DNA from: Chiloscyllium plagiosum
Taxonomy: Eukaryota
Reading direction: 5' to 3'
DNA length: 64,000 bases
NCBI RefSeq assembly: GCF_004010195.1
Contig: NC_057719.1
Span: 43,268,679-43,332,678, forward strand
Part shown: positions 25,435 through 37,724 of the stretch, piece after piece
How the letters are laid out: the number at the start of each line of letters is the position of its first letter
Numbering within the stretch: position 1 is the first letter of the stretch
Notes under the pieces: generated by a model
Told to the model about the DNA's origin: nothing
Databases searched by the model: none
Seen by the model: the letters and a program-made list of their open reading frames with translations, nothing else
Position numbers and translations under genes: made by a program

Positions 25435-25927
25435 ATGTCAGAGGGTTGAATTCTTCATTCCCACAGAGCACATGTAGGGCGAGTATTGAAACCCATGCTG
25501 CCAGCTGGTGTTTTGCTTAGACAGCCAATTCAACTAATTCAAGGCCTATTATTGGAGGCAGTGGAGACCAAGGCAATTACTTGGAGGTTGCCTCCTAGCA
25601 ACAGACGGGCAAGGGCATGCAGTGCTCCAGGTAGGATTTCAGGTCTTCCTAGCTTCGTTTGCAGCTGCAAGCAATTTCCCCCTGACAACCCACGATGATG
25701 GCTTAGCAACTGAGCTAGGCCATCATTTTATTTTGAATTTTATTTACAGGTAATTATTGAGTTCAATACATTCAGCTGAACTGAGTGAACCACAAAAGAA
25801 AGTTATCATTCACAATAGCAATAATCTCACAATTCACTTGAAGAAAGATAATTACAATTAGAAACTTAATTACAATTATGTAATGTTAGCAGCTAGTTGC
25901 ATAGCAAGTGGCATAAAGAAAGAAAGG

Positions 25928-26021
25928 GGCTAAAAATGTGTTGCTGGAAAAGCTCAGCATGTCAGGCAGCATCCAAGGAGCAGGAGAATCGATGTTTCGG
26001 GCATAAGCCCTTCTTTAGGAA
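25928..26021 (-). mobile_element. 94-bp PLE inverted-arm-only insertion with mutated HHR (25991-26018)
   Basis: AAAGAAAGG at 25919-25927 and 26022-26030. The core reads CTAAAGA...GAAACATC. Confidence 0.8.
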
Positions 26022-26799
26022 AAAGAAAGGCACAATATTACGTTAGCAAGGGTGACTAATAAAGTATGTCATACAGTGCTTAATGGTGACTAACTATCCG
26101 AACAGAATGCATGAACTATGTTTATGAATTTCATGGCATGTTGTGATTGTACAGCTTGATACTGGAATTAATTTTAACCGATAAACAGATTGCTACATTT
26201 ACCATGCTCATGCAATGGTTGTTGTTCCTACACGAACATAATAATATGCCAGGCTAAAAGCCAGGCCAAATGCCAAAAAACAAATTGGCATCAAATAAAT
26301 AAGACATCAGCCCAGAATTTTGTTTACTGGTGTGCCTTTCATTCTAATCTATGATTGCCATCCTTTCCAGTTTGTCCTTGACTTGCAGATTCACTGGCTG
26401 CAGTGTAATTGTACTGCAGTGACATGAGAGTTTTCCTGTAATTGTACATTTCAAGTTGTAAATCTGTTTCAAATTGAAGAAATAATGGGAAACAAATCTT
26501 TAAAAATTGAACAGGGTCTACATAACACCTGCATAACTTCTTTTATTATTCAATGCAAATTATATCTCCATTTTTTGATGAGATTAATGATAAATCTAAA
26601 CACTGACACACATCGCATATATAAGCTCATCGTGTATTGCTTTAACCTGTTGTTTTGGAGTTATCTTTAATGTTCACCATTTAACCATCATATGACTTTA
26701 TATGCCAAATGCTGCACTCGGTATCTAGATCAGTTTGAAAAGATTTGAAGATTGTCAACAGGTCAAACTAAAATATGAAATATTAAAACTCATTTTAAG

Positions 26800-28350
26800 G
26801 TTGACAGTTACCTAAGGGTAAGGTGGGAACAATATAACTTCCAATCAAGTTCAGTCATGTTCAAACATCTAAGGGCAGTTAATGTTTTAAATGGAAGCCA
26901 TTGAAATTTGTCAGAAGTATCTGTGCTTTCTTTTATGCCTTGGCAAGCTGTAATGTCATCTATTGTAAGCCCTATTGAATGCAGTATTGCATTTACTTGT
27001 CCAGCTTGTGATTTCATGTCTAGCTTGAAAATAGTTCTGTATCTTAAGAACCATTTTCTCCAACATGTCCAATCTAGTGTTCTAATTGGCCTATTTATGA
27101 AAATAAATCTGCCAGGCAGTATTATTTCTCCTGCCACTTCTTCCCAAAGTGATTATTTATTCTTCTTACTTTGAAGCTTTACAAATTCTGCAATATTTCA
27201 ATCCTGCTTTACTCTCTTTTCTAGGTAGATTTAATTTCTTCAATATAACAATACTATTTTATTATCCTTGTCTTAAACTTGCTTTATTTATGCAGTCTAG
27301 CAATCCTATATCTCTGTACCATTCATTCGGGGGTTTTCCCATGTTTTTGCAGTCAAAGTGAAGGTTTCCATCTTATGCAGCCAAATGAAGATTTCCTGTG
27401 TTCTGAAGACAAAATGAAGGTTTGTTGCTTTTTCACGATTTGGTACTATTCACAATCATGTAAAGAACTTTCTCGCATAAAACCTGATATCTGCAACATT
27501 AATAAATATTTCCTGCCTGAATCATAAATGACCCATAATTTAAACTGTGTCTTATAGTTGCCTCAATAGCAATGCTATCTTCTTCTTTAGACTGTCGTCC
27601 GTTTATGCTTTACATTGTTTCTTGTGGTCTTCATTCTGGCTTCACAACATTACCGGTACTGTGACCATGGTTTAAATGATTCTATGGCCCTTGAATTCTC
27701 TACTAAAACTGTGCTTTGTGGCATCTGCTTCCATGGTAGCAGCACTTGTTGTGAGCTGTAAATACTATTCTTTAACTTCTAGCTTCCTTTTCTTCTATTG
27801 CACTGTCAAGTTAAAGTTTTCTCTCTGCTCAACAGTAATTTTTAATTTTACTAATAGAAGTATGATGACTGTTCACTTCCTAGCTGAATCTCTAACTAGG
27901 ATTACTCCCACAGTTTCTTGCTTCCCACTGGAACCTCTAACTACCAGATATTTGAATTTCTCACTCGCTTCTGTGTTTCTCTTCCCAGGTCTGAAACTTT
28001 ACTATTAAGTGTTAATTCTCCCTTGTTGATCTTTCCATGCATATGACTGTAGGCTGTTTGACCTTAGCTTTTAAAGCCACAAAGTCTCAATGATATGCCT
28101 GAGTCCACTGGAATTCATACCATCCTTTACCTCATGGTATTAAGCAGCAATGCCAATGCTGCCACCATGTTGTGTGTGTTGTGATGCTAACTACTACCAA
28201 CTTGTGGTTAGTGTAGTTTGCTGCCACTATCTCCTTTCCTACAGGATTTACAATGACTGAGAAAAATTACAAGTGAGTCTTGATGAGCAAAGGCCTATGT
28301 CTTAAACAAGATATATTTCAATGTATGTTAGCAAGTTACATTATTACGGC
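26800..28350 (-). mobile_element. Gypsy-type LTR retrotransposon remnant (5' LTR end, PBS, gag N-terminus)
   Basis: ORF 26808-27137(-) 'WTCWRKWFLRYRTIFKLDMKSQAGQVNAILHSIG' resembles a Gypsy gag N-terminus. ...ACA|TGGTGGCAGC at 28167-28158 is a PBS-like site complementary to a tRNA-Leu 3' end. Boundaries approximate. Confidence 0.6.
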
Positions 28351-28489
28351 ATTGTACAAAAACTAAATGATACATCTGTCTTCTTTGAGATCCTAATCTG
28401 ATGCTTACCAAACATTTTTTCACTGTGTTTAAAAATGCATTGCTGGAAAAATGCAGCAGGTCAGGCAGCATCAAAGGAGAAGGAGAATC

Positions 28490-28517
28490 GACGTTTCGGG
28501 CATAAGCCCTTCTTCAG
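28490..28517 (-). ncRNA. Minimal type-I hammerhead ribozyme core, intact
   Basis: CTGAAGA-A-GGGC-TTAT-GCCC-GAAAC-GTC on the minus strand. Confidence 0.88.
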
Positions 28518-28563
28518 GAATGAGGAGGGTGTGCCAAGCCTGCTTGGCACACCCTCCTCATTC

Positions 28564-28591
28564 CTGAAGAAGGGCTTATGCCCGAAACGTC
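28564..28591 (+). ncRNA. Minimal type-I hammerhead ribozyme core, intact
   Basis: CTGAAGA (28564-70), A, stem II GGGC-TTAT-GCCC (28572-83), GAAA, C, GTC triplet (28589-91). Palindromic ACGT in place of stem III. Confidence 0.88.
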
Positions 28592-29004
28592 GATTCTCCT
28601 TCTCCTTTGATGCTGCCTGACCTGCTGCGTTTTTCCAGCAACACATTTTTAAGCTCTGATCCCCAGCATCTGCAGTCCTCACTTTCTCCTAGTTGATTTT
28701 TTCACTGTGACCCATTTCAAGGCTTGAAAATTGCTGGGTGCCCTTGGTGAGAACAGGAAAAGTACAATGGGGAGAAAGGTGGAGACCTATATGAGCAAGA
28801 GGAGGAAGGGGTTGGCCATTGAGGCCTTGGAGTTCACAACCCCAAACATTCCGCTTGCAACCACTTAGGAAATATTATGAAATTGTCTCAAGAATGGAAG
28901 GCAAATATTTTTATTGAAACTATACCAAGGCAGGGGAGATGTTATGGTCTCAGGATCTGTGATGGCAACTGCCCCTTTTCCTTGCCCTTAATAACATGTA
29001 TTCG

Positions 29005-29283
29005 ATTAGGATCATTGAGATCATGACACTCTCTTGAACTATGTCAAAGATTTATCTGGTGCCATATATAGCCCATTATCAATGCAGCATTTAGGAAGAA
29101 GCTTTATCCTTAGAAAAAATGATAAACTAACTATCAAAAGCAGATGGGCAAGGTAACAACATTAATCCTGATATCATGAGTAGCTGTCCTATGACTATTG
29201 ACCTAAAGGATCCAGACAAGTGATTGATGCAGATTAAACTGCCAGCTGCTTGAAATAGAGAACATCAAAGGATCATGGTTAGA
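29005..29283 (+). repeat. ~280-bp segment duplicated at 30352-30393 plus 32044-32281
   Basis: Direct alignment by eye gives about 27 mismatches (~90% identity). Confidence 0.9.
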
Positions 29284-30393
29284 TAAGATGATTGGGGTGA
29301 AAACAACTGAGTCTACGTCTGGAACCTGTTTCACCCAGAGGTGATGGGTTTTGAGGTGGGAAGGCAACATAGTTAACTGGGATGGTTGCATATCTGAACC
29401 CTGTTGTCTTTAGACCTCTCCACCTTAGCTGAAGCCGTTAAATAGAGAATTTAGGACCAGTTAAAGACCTTAACTTACTGTTTATGGGCCTAACTCGGGT
29501 GCTTGCAGGCCTGTCACTATTTAGTGTGCCCAAACGATAAACCTGTTATGATGAAAATTGCTGTATGGATACAGTAATTTCAGTTTTAGGTTTGGATTGT
29601 AAATAATGGCATATGGATGTTGATTACACTTCTGAGGTTTTTTTGACAATAAACCTATGATGGACTGTTTTTCTAGAATAATGAACTAATCCAGAATGTG
29701 ACAGTGTTAATGGAAAATAATTTATACTCTGGTGGTTTATAACAATTTTAGTAAACATTGAAGGATATTCACTTATTTTCAGTTTAGTTGCTTGATGCTT
29801 TAGAAAATCCACAGATTGAAGTTTTCTAGGGCAGTTCAGAAGAGGCCTGATTATGTTCAGAAGCAGGTATAGTCTTCATTTGAGGAAGAAATGCTTTCAG
29901 AGCAGAAGTAAGTGACCTCAATAGAAAAGTTTTGCTAATGCAACTTCCAGACCATGAGTGTTTGTTTAGAAGTCTGCAGGCATGTGAAAGCTGAGAAAGT
30001 CTAAGCTTGTGAGTATTCATGTAAGAAGATTCCATAGATGACAGGACAGAAACTGGGGGCAATCAATTATGTCACTTTTAAAGTTATAAAGGCATAATTT
30101 CTCTGAATTAGAATTGCTGCAAAATGATGTATGGAAAACAGATTGAAGGCTTATTTAGTTGGGTGTTTTAAGATTTTTCGAACGGTGGTCTATACCTTTT
30201 TTTTGCTTTCTTCTTGTTTGAATGAGGATCTCCTTAAAACTGAATTGGTTTTTTTCTGTAGTATGAGATCCCATGTAAAACATTAACTATCTTTCCCAAA
30301 TTCTAGTAAATAAAGACAAAAGGAAAGTACAAAAGAAAGGTCATAAGAATCATTAGGGTCATCAAAGTCATGATACTCTCTTGAACTAGGTCA

Positions 30394-32043
30394 CACCCAT
30401 CTGCTACGACGCAGGCCTGAAAGTCCTCCATTTCTTCCTCTCATGCTGTCCCATACAGTATCCTTTCACCGACACCCTCACCCGCCTGGCTGAACTGGTC
30501 CTCATCCTTAACAACCTGTCCTTCCAATCCTCCCACTTCATCCAAACCATGGGCACCTTCATGGGACCCAGATATGCCTGCCTGTTTGTCGGGTACGTGG
30601 AACAGTTCATCTCCGCAGTTACACCGGCACCACACCCCACCTATTCCTCCACTACACCGATGACTATATCAGCGCTACCTCGTGCTCCCACAAGGAGGTT
30701 AAACAGTTAATCAACTTCACTAACACCTTTCACCCCAACCTCAAATTCACCTGGACCATCTCAGACCTCCTCTTCCTGGACTTCTCCATCTCCATCTCTG
30801 GTGACCGACTAACTATGGACATGTACTACAAGCCCACCAACTCCCACAGCTACCTAGACTACACCTGCCCCCCGCCCTACATCCTGTAAAAATGCCATCC
30901 CCATTCCCAATTCCTCCACCTCCACTGCATCTGTTCCCAGGATGACCAACTGCACCTTAGAAAATCCCAGATGGCGTCCTTCTTCCACGATCACAATTTC
31001 CCTTCCCACGTGGAGGACGATGTTCTACAGTGCATCTCTTTCGCTTCCCATACCACTGCCCTTGAACCCCACCACTCCCAATGCAACAAGGACAAAACAC
31101 CTCTGGTCCTCACCTTCCATCCCACCAACCTCCGTATACATCGCATCATCCTCAGCCACTTCCAGCACCTACAAATTGAGCCTACCACCAGAGACATATT
31201 TCCCTCCCTACCCTTATCAGCATTCTGGAGAGACCATTCCCTTTGCGACGACCTTGTCAGGTCCACGCCCCTCACCAGCCCACACCCCACTCACAGCACC
31301 TTCCTTTGCCACCACAAGAAGTGCAAAATCTGCACCTACACCTCCCCCCTCACCTCCGTCCAAAGCCCCAAAGGATCCTTCCGCAACTGACAGAAATTTA
31401 CCTGTATCTCCACCAATGTCATCTACTGTATCTCTTGCACCTGATGTGGTCTCCTCTACATCAGAGAGACTGGACGCTTACTTGCGGATCGTTTCAGAGA
31501 ACATCTCTGGGACATCCACCAACCAACACCACTACCCCATGGCTGAACACTTCAACTCCCCCTCCCACTCCATCAAGGACATGCAGGTCCTGGGCCTCCT
31601 CCACTGCCAAACCCTTACCACCCAAAGCCTGGAGGAAGAACGCCTCATATTCCACCTTGGGACCCTGCAAACACATGGGATCAATTTGGATTTCACCAGT
31701 TTCCTAATTTCCCCTCCCCCAACATTATCCCAGTCCCAAGCCTCCAAGTCGGCACTGCCCTCTTGACCTGTCCATCACCTTTCCCATCTATCTGCTCCAC
31801 CCTCTTCTCCGACCTATCACCTTCTCCCCACCTTCATCTACCTATCATATTCTCAGCTACCTTCCCTCCTAACCCCCTCCTATTTATCTCTCAGCCCCCC
31901 AGCCCACAAGCCTCATTCCTGCTGAAGGGCTTATGCCCGAAACATCGATTCTCCTGCTCCTCGGATGCTGCCTGACCTGCTGCGCTTTTCCAGCACCACA
32001 CTCTCAACCCAGATCTGCAGCATCTGCGGTCCTCACTTTCTCC
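30394..32043 (+). mobile_element. Penelope-like element (Neptune-like), 5'-truncated: RT, Cys-rich linker, GIY-YIG, pLTR
   Basis: 'MGTFMGPRYACLFVG', 'HYTDD' (YxDD), 'HPNLKFT', 'YYKPTNSHSYLDY', 'LCHHKKCKIC', 'NVIYCISC', 'EEERLIFHLGTLQ'. Frameshifted. Confidence 0.95.
31919..31946 (+). ncRNA. Hammerhead motif in pLTR, mutated core
   Basis: CTGCTGA-A-GGGC-TTAT-GCCC-GAAAC-ATC. The conserved A of CTGA is replaced by C. Confidence 0.75.
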
Positions 32044-33496
32044 AAAGACTTATCTGGTGTCATATGTACCCCATTATCAATGCCGTGTTTGGGAAGAAGT
32101 TTTATCCTGAGAAAGAATGATAAGCTAACTATCAAAAGCAGATGGGCAAGGTAACAACATTAATCCTGACATCATGAGTAGCTGCCCTATGATCATTGAC
32201 CTAAAGGATCCAGACAAGTAATTGATACAGATTAAACTGCCAGCTGCTCAAAATAGAGAACATCAAAGGATCATGGTTAGAGGATAGTCCTAATCAGGTG
32301 TTCCTCAAAAGTGACAGTACTCTTTAGGGAGCTATCTTCTCAAGATGGAGGATAAAACAGAAAAAAGGGTGAAGACCCAGGGAAGAGTTCCTGACCACTT
32401 TGGCAAAAGAGCAGAATATTGCTTTCACAACTTTAACAAGACTGACACATTCCATGCCAACATCTTGTTTGTCCTCTAATAACAGAGAAGCAGCCTCGAT
32501 TGCAATGTAATAAACTTCCATTCTGGTGTTACAAAAACCTGTATGATTATGTTTCAGTGAATGACCACCACGTTAACTAAAAGTAAATAAATATATGATA
32601 TAGCAAGCCCGTGTTTATTCCTTGATCTGAATGGTTCAACACCCCAACAACATTTGGGATCATAACATTGAGCAGGCAGATTGTCAGCAGTGAGGGATGC
32701 GGACAGAGGGACTGAGTGCTTTTGAGGGACTACACATAGGGCAGGGAGTTATCTGCTAACAACTCTTTGCTTCTGACACCCTTATCACTCTCTGTGCAAC
32801 CACCCAACACAGAAACCCCTCCCCCACAATTCACTCGCCTTCCATCTTAGTTGTCCCAATTCTGACCATCCAACCAGCAGCAGCTAGAGCTCTGGTGCTG
32901 AGCACAAGAGTTGTCAGTCTGTGATTGGCCAGCAGCTGTGACTGGCTGGGACCTCCGACCCCACTGTCTTAATTGCAGACTAAGGCCAGCTGGTGACAAT
33001 GCCACTGCATTGGATTCAGCAGGCTATGCCTTAGGGAGTCAATGTGAGTTTCTTGCTAGGCTCTCCAGCTAATTGGTCTTCCTCAACAAGACTACAACCA
33101 AGAAGCTACAAAATCAGTGATCAGACTAATGGCAGATGAAACTTTGTGTTTAAGCGCAAGGTATGTTATGAGGAAAAAATAAATACATAGATTCGATGAA
33201 GAATGAATTTGAAAAAGAAATTAAAGTAACAAACAAAGAAAATGTTTAACTATTAGTTAAAACAGTAAAGGGCAATGTTGAAGTCATGTTCCAACTACAG
33301 TTTATTGTGGTGATCACGAATTCACATTGAAGACATATACTGAAGATTACATAAAGAAGAGTCATGACTTGTGAGTGTGATTTACAAAGTCAAAGAATAA
33401 AATTATAAGGAAGATAAGACATATATGAATGTGAAGTTAGGCTATTTTAGTTTTGGGAAAAACACCTTTAGAAGCCTGAAAATAAATGATAACAAG

Positions 33497-35905
33497 GGGA
33501 TTTTAATTTCCAAACATAGACTGGGACTACCATAGTTTTAAGGGTTTAGATGGAAAGGAATTTGTCAAGTGTGTGCAAGAAAGTGTTCTGATTCAGTATG
33601 TGGATATACCTACTAGAGAAGGTGCAAAACTTGACCTACTCTTGGGAAATAAGGTGGAGCAGATGAGTAAGGTATCAGTGGGGGAGCACTTTGGGGCCAG
33701 TGACCATAATTCTATTAGTTTTAAAATAGTGATGGAAAAGGATAGACCAGATCTAAAAGTTGAAGTTCTAAATTGGAGAAAGGCCAATTTTGACGGTATT
33801 AGGCAAGAACTTTCAAAAGCTGATTGGGCACAGATGTTTGCTGGAAAAGGGATGGCTAGAAAATGGAAAGCCTTCAGAAATGAGATAACGAGAGTCCAGA
33901 GAAAGTATATTCCTGTTAGGGTGAAAGGAAAGGCTGGTAGGTGTAGAGAATGCTGGATGACTAAAGAAATTGAAGGTTTGGGGGGTTAAGAGAAAGAAGG
34001 AAGCATATGTTAAGTATAGACAGGATAGATCGCGTGAATCCTTAGCATATAAAGCCAGTAGAGTATACTTAAGAGGGAAATCAGGAGGGCAAAAGGGGAC
34101 ATGAAATAGTTTTGGCAAATAGAGTTAAGGAGAATCCAAAGGGTTTTTACAAATACATTAGGGACAAAAGGGTAACTAGGGAGAGAATAGGGCCCCTCAA
34201 AGATCAGCAAGACGGCCTTTGTGTGGAGTCACAGGAGATCGGGAGATACTAAATGAGTATTTTGCATCAGTATTTACTGTGGAAAAGGATATGGAAGATA
34301 TAGAATGTAGAGAAATAGATGTGACATCTTGAAAAATGTCCATATTATGGAGGAGGAAGCGCTGGATATCTTGAACCGCATAAAAGTGGATAAATCCCCA
34401 GAACCTAATCAGGTGTACCATAGAATTCTGTGGGAAGCTAGGAAAGTGATTGCTGGACCTCTTGCTGAAATAGTTATATTATCAATTGTCACAGGTGAGG
34501 TGCCTGAAGACTGGAGTTTGGCTAACGTGGTGTCACTATTTAAGAAAGGTGGTAAGGACAAGCCAGGGAACTATAGACCAGTGAGCCTGACATCAGTGGT
34601 TGCAAGTTGTAGGAGGGAATCCTGACAGACAGGATGTGCATGTATTTGGAAAGGCAAGGACTGATTAGGGATAGTCAAAATGGCTTTGTGTGTGGGAAAT
34701 CATGTCTCACAAACTTGATTGAGCTTTTTGAGGAAGTAACAAAGAGGACTGATGAGGGCAGAGCGGTACACATGATCTATATGGACTTCAGTAAGGAATT
34801 CAACAAGGTTCCCCATTGGAGACTGGTTAGCAAGGTTAGATCTCACTGAATACAGGGAGGACTAGCCATTTGGATAAAGAACTGGCTCAAAGGTAGAAGA
34901 TAGAGGGTGGTGGTGGAAAATTGTTTTTCAGACGGGAGGCCTATGACCAGTGGAGTGCCACAAGGATTGGTGCTGGGTCCACTACTTTTCGTCATTTATA
35001 TAAATGATTTGGATATGAACATAAGAGGTACAGTTAGTAAGTTTGCTGATGACACCAAAGTTGGGGGTGTAGTGGACAGCGAAGAAGGTTACTTCAGGTT
35101 ACAACGAGATATTCATCAGATGGGTTAATGGGCTGAGAAGTGGCAGATGGAGTTCAATTTAGATAAATGCATTTTGGGAAAGCAAACCTTAGCAGGACTT
35201 ATACACTTAATGATAAGGTCCTAGGGAATGTTGATGAACAAAGAGACCTTGGAGTGCAGGTTCATAGCTCCTTGAAAGTGGAGTTGCAGGTAGATAGGAT
35301 AGTGAAGGCGGCATTTGGTACGCTTTCCTTTATTGGTCAGAGTATTGAGTACAGGAGTTGGGAGGTCATGTTACGACTGTTGGAATATTGCGTGCAATTC
35401 TGGTCTCCCTGCTATAAGAAGGATAGTGTGCAACTTGAAAGGGTTCAGAAAAGATTTACAAGGATGTTGCCAGGGTTGGAGGATTTGAGCTATAGGGAGA
35501 GGTTGAATAGGGGACTGTTGCCCCTGGAATGTTAGAGGCTGAGGGGTGACCTTATATAGGTTCAAAGATCATGAGGGGCATGGATAGGGTAAATCGACAA
35601 AGTCTTTTCCCAGAACTAGAGGGCATAGGTTTAGGGTGAGAGGGGAAAGATAAACAAGAGACCTATGGGGCAACCTTTTCACACAGAAGGTAGTACATGT
35701 ATGGGATTAGCTGCCAGAGGACATGGTGAAAGCTGGTACAATTGCAACATTTAAAAGGCATCTGGATGGGTATATGAATAGGAAGGGTTTGGATGGATAT
35801 GCGCTGAATGCTAGCAGGTGGGACTAAATTGGTTTGGGATATCTGGTCAGCATGGACGAGTTGGACCAAAGGGTCTGTTTCCGTGTTGTACCTCTCTATG
35901 ACTCT
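33497..35905 (+). mobile_element. HER1-like CR1 LINE, 5'-truncated (2.4 kb), ORF2 pseudogene
   Basis: 'PTREGAKLDLLL', 'SDHNSISF', 'PGNYRPVSLTSVV', 'SGVPQGLVLGPLLF', 'KFADDTK', and a 3' tail CTCTATGACTCTA. Confidence 0.96.
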
Positions 35906-36489
35906 ATTCTGCTAAAATGCTAAGATATTTCATATGATTGTTGTTAAGAGTTTGTTTTGTAATATTTATAGCTGAATTTCAAGTTATTAGGCGTTAGTGA
36001 CCTGTAAGGAGGCAATTGAAAAGGGAACTTTACGGAAAGTAAACCAAAAAAGAACAACAAAGAACTACAATGAACTATAAGTATGACAGACGTGGCAGTC
36101 ATGGGCTGAGCTTTCTGATATAGACATCAATTCTAATTAACTGGCTATCTAAAAGTCAATTATCAAAGTTGGAAATTAGAATAGAAATAGAACAGGAAAA
36201 AAGTTGGAAGCATTCAGAAGATCTTCTGATGTTTTGGTCCCAAAAAATTGATTTTATGTTCTCTCCACAATGCTGATTCATTTGTCCTGTATTTCCAGTG
36301 TTTGTTTTTCACTTTTGTCTATTGACTCTGGCCAGTACTTTATGCTGTCACTTAATTCATCTATTTTACTGTTCCCAGGTGCATAGAACAACACCTGTTA
36401 TTGACTGAGCTGACCAGACCACATTATCTTTAATATGCCACTCTGCACTGGATTGACTGAATTCAGCATTTCTCTTCCATCTTTTGAAA

Positions 36490-37335
36490 AAAATCACTGA
36501 TGCAATGTGTTCATCACTGTCAAGACCAACATTTATTGTCCATCCATATTGTCTTTGTGTAGATGATAATGATCTGACTTCTTGAACTGCTGCAGACTGT
36601 GTGGTCAAGGTATAACTACAATGCTGTTAAGAAGGGAGCTCTAGAATTCCAACAGTGACAATGTGGAAACAGTTATAAATGTCCAAGTTGAGATGCTGTG
36701 TGAAATGGAGCTGGTTGTTCTGATGCCCTTGTTGCTCTTATTTCTCTGCATCGTAGCGGTTTCAGGTTTGTAAGATGCTGTCACACCTTGTAGATGGCAA
36801 ACAATGCAACCATTATGCTCTGGTGGTGAAGGGAGTGTACATGTGAGGTGGGGAATGGGATGCTCATTTATCCTATGCTTTATCCTGAACATTATTGAAC
36901 TTCTTAAGAGTTATTGGAACCACACACATCTTGGTTAGTAGAGGACATTCTATCACACTCCTGACTTGGGCCTTGAGAACTCAAGAGGTGAGTCATGTCC
37001 TGTAGAAGTCACACATTTGACCTTCTGTTGTAGCCACAACATCTATTTAACTGGTTAGGTTTCTGAGCAAGTGATTCAGCGATAATGATGCCTCTGAACA
37101 TCAAGGAGAGGTTGTTAGACCCTCTCTTGTCTGAGATGGCTTTTGGCACTCGCATAGCATGAATATTACATGTCACTGAGCAGCCCAAGCCTTAATGCAT
37201 ACAGACAAGGACTGTTTCAATATCTGAAGAATTTTGTATGGAACTAATAACTGTGAAATTACTGAATATTCTACTTCTCACCACATGATAGGAGCAAGGT
37301 CATTGATGAAGCAGCTAGTGATGATTGGGCCTCAA
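36490..37335 (-). mobile_element. Old L2/CR1-group LINE 3' fragment
   Basis: Reverse-complement homology to 54870-55740 and to the SINE-B/LINE tail. Confidence 0.6.
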
Positions 37336-37724
37336 ACCAAAAGTGGGCATTGGTGAGCTAGTTATTGGTCCAAAGCCATAAATTGGAGTTCCCTAATTGC
37401 TGTACTATCAGCTAATGGTAAAAGTTTTTATTTGTCTATATACTTATTTGAAACTGTCAGAATCTGCTACATCCATGGTAAATCTTTCCATAATCTCCAA
37501 GGAGAACAATAAGTAAATTTAACATCCAAAGCACACTACTGACAAAAGTAAGCTGAAATAACATTTGCATAAAACTTAAATAGCTAATATTATGTAGACT
37601 TCAATGTGCCTCAAACTGAAGCTTATCCTAAAGAAGTTACAACTCTCACATCTTGAAATCATAAAGTAACATTCAATACTTGAATTTTCTTGCAAATATT
37701 TTCTAGGCTTTGACAAATTCCTAA

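Larger units (their letters stand above)
28428..28695. mobile_element. 268-bp palindromic PLE-derived insertion with 14-bp TSD
   Basis: Inverted arms 28429-28539 and 28542-28652 (3 mismatches, 2-nt spacer) plus a 43-nt unpaired tail. TSD ATTTTTTCACTGTG at 28414-28427 and 28696-28709. Confidence 0.95.
29544..32667 (+). mobile_element. Probable solo LTR (29544-30350 plus 32282-32667) split by later insertions
   Basis: Begins TGTTATGA and ends TCATAACA (8-bp inverted termini, TG..CA). The end resembles the LTR-like end at 50693(-). No TSD seen. Confidence 0.45.

Noticed and set aside
28435..28682. Two near-identical peptides on opposite strands
   Set aside because: A trivial consequence of the palindrome, with no evidence of coding function.
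30942..31766. 274-aa Pro/Ser/Thr-rich ORF
   Set aside because: An off-frame read of the C-rich PLE strand that enters the true EN frame only near its end. Not an intact gene.
36190..36310. Very old PLE-tail-like remnants (also ~19180, ~39150, ~53900, 44751-44792)
   Set aside because: Too short or diverged to delimit, with no recognisable HHR core.
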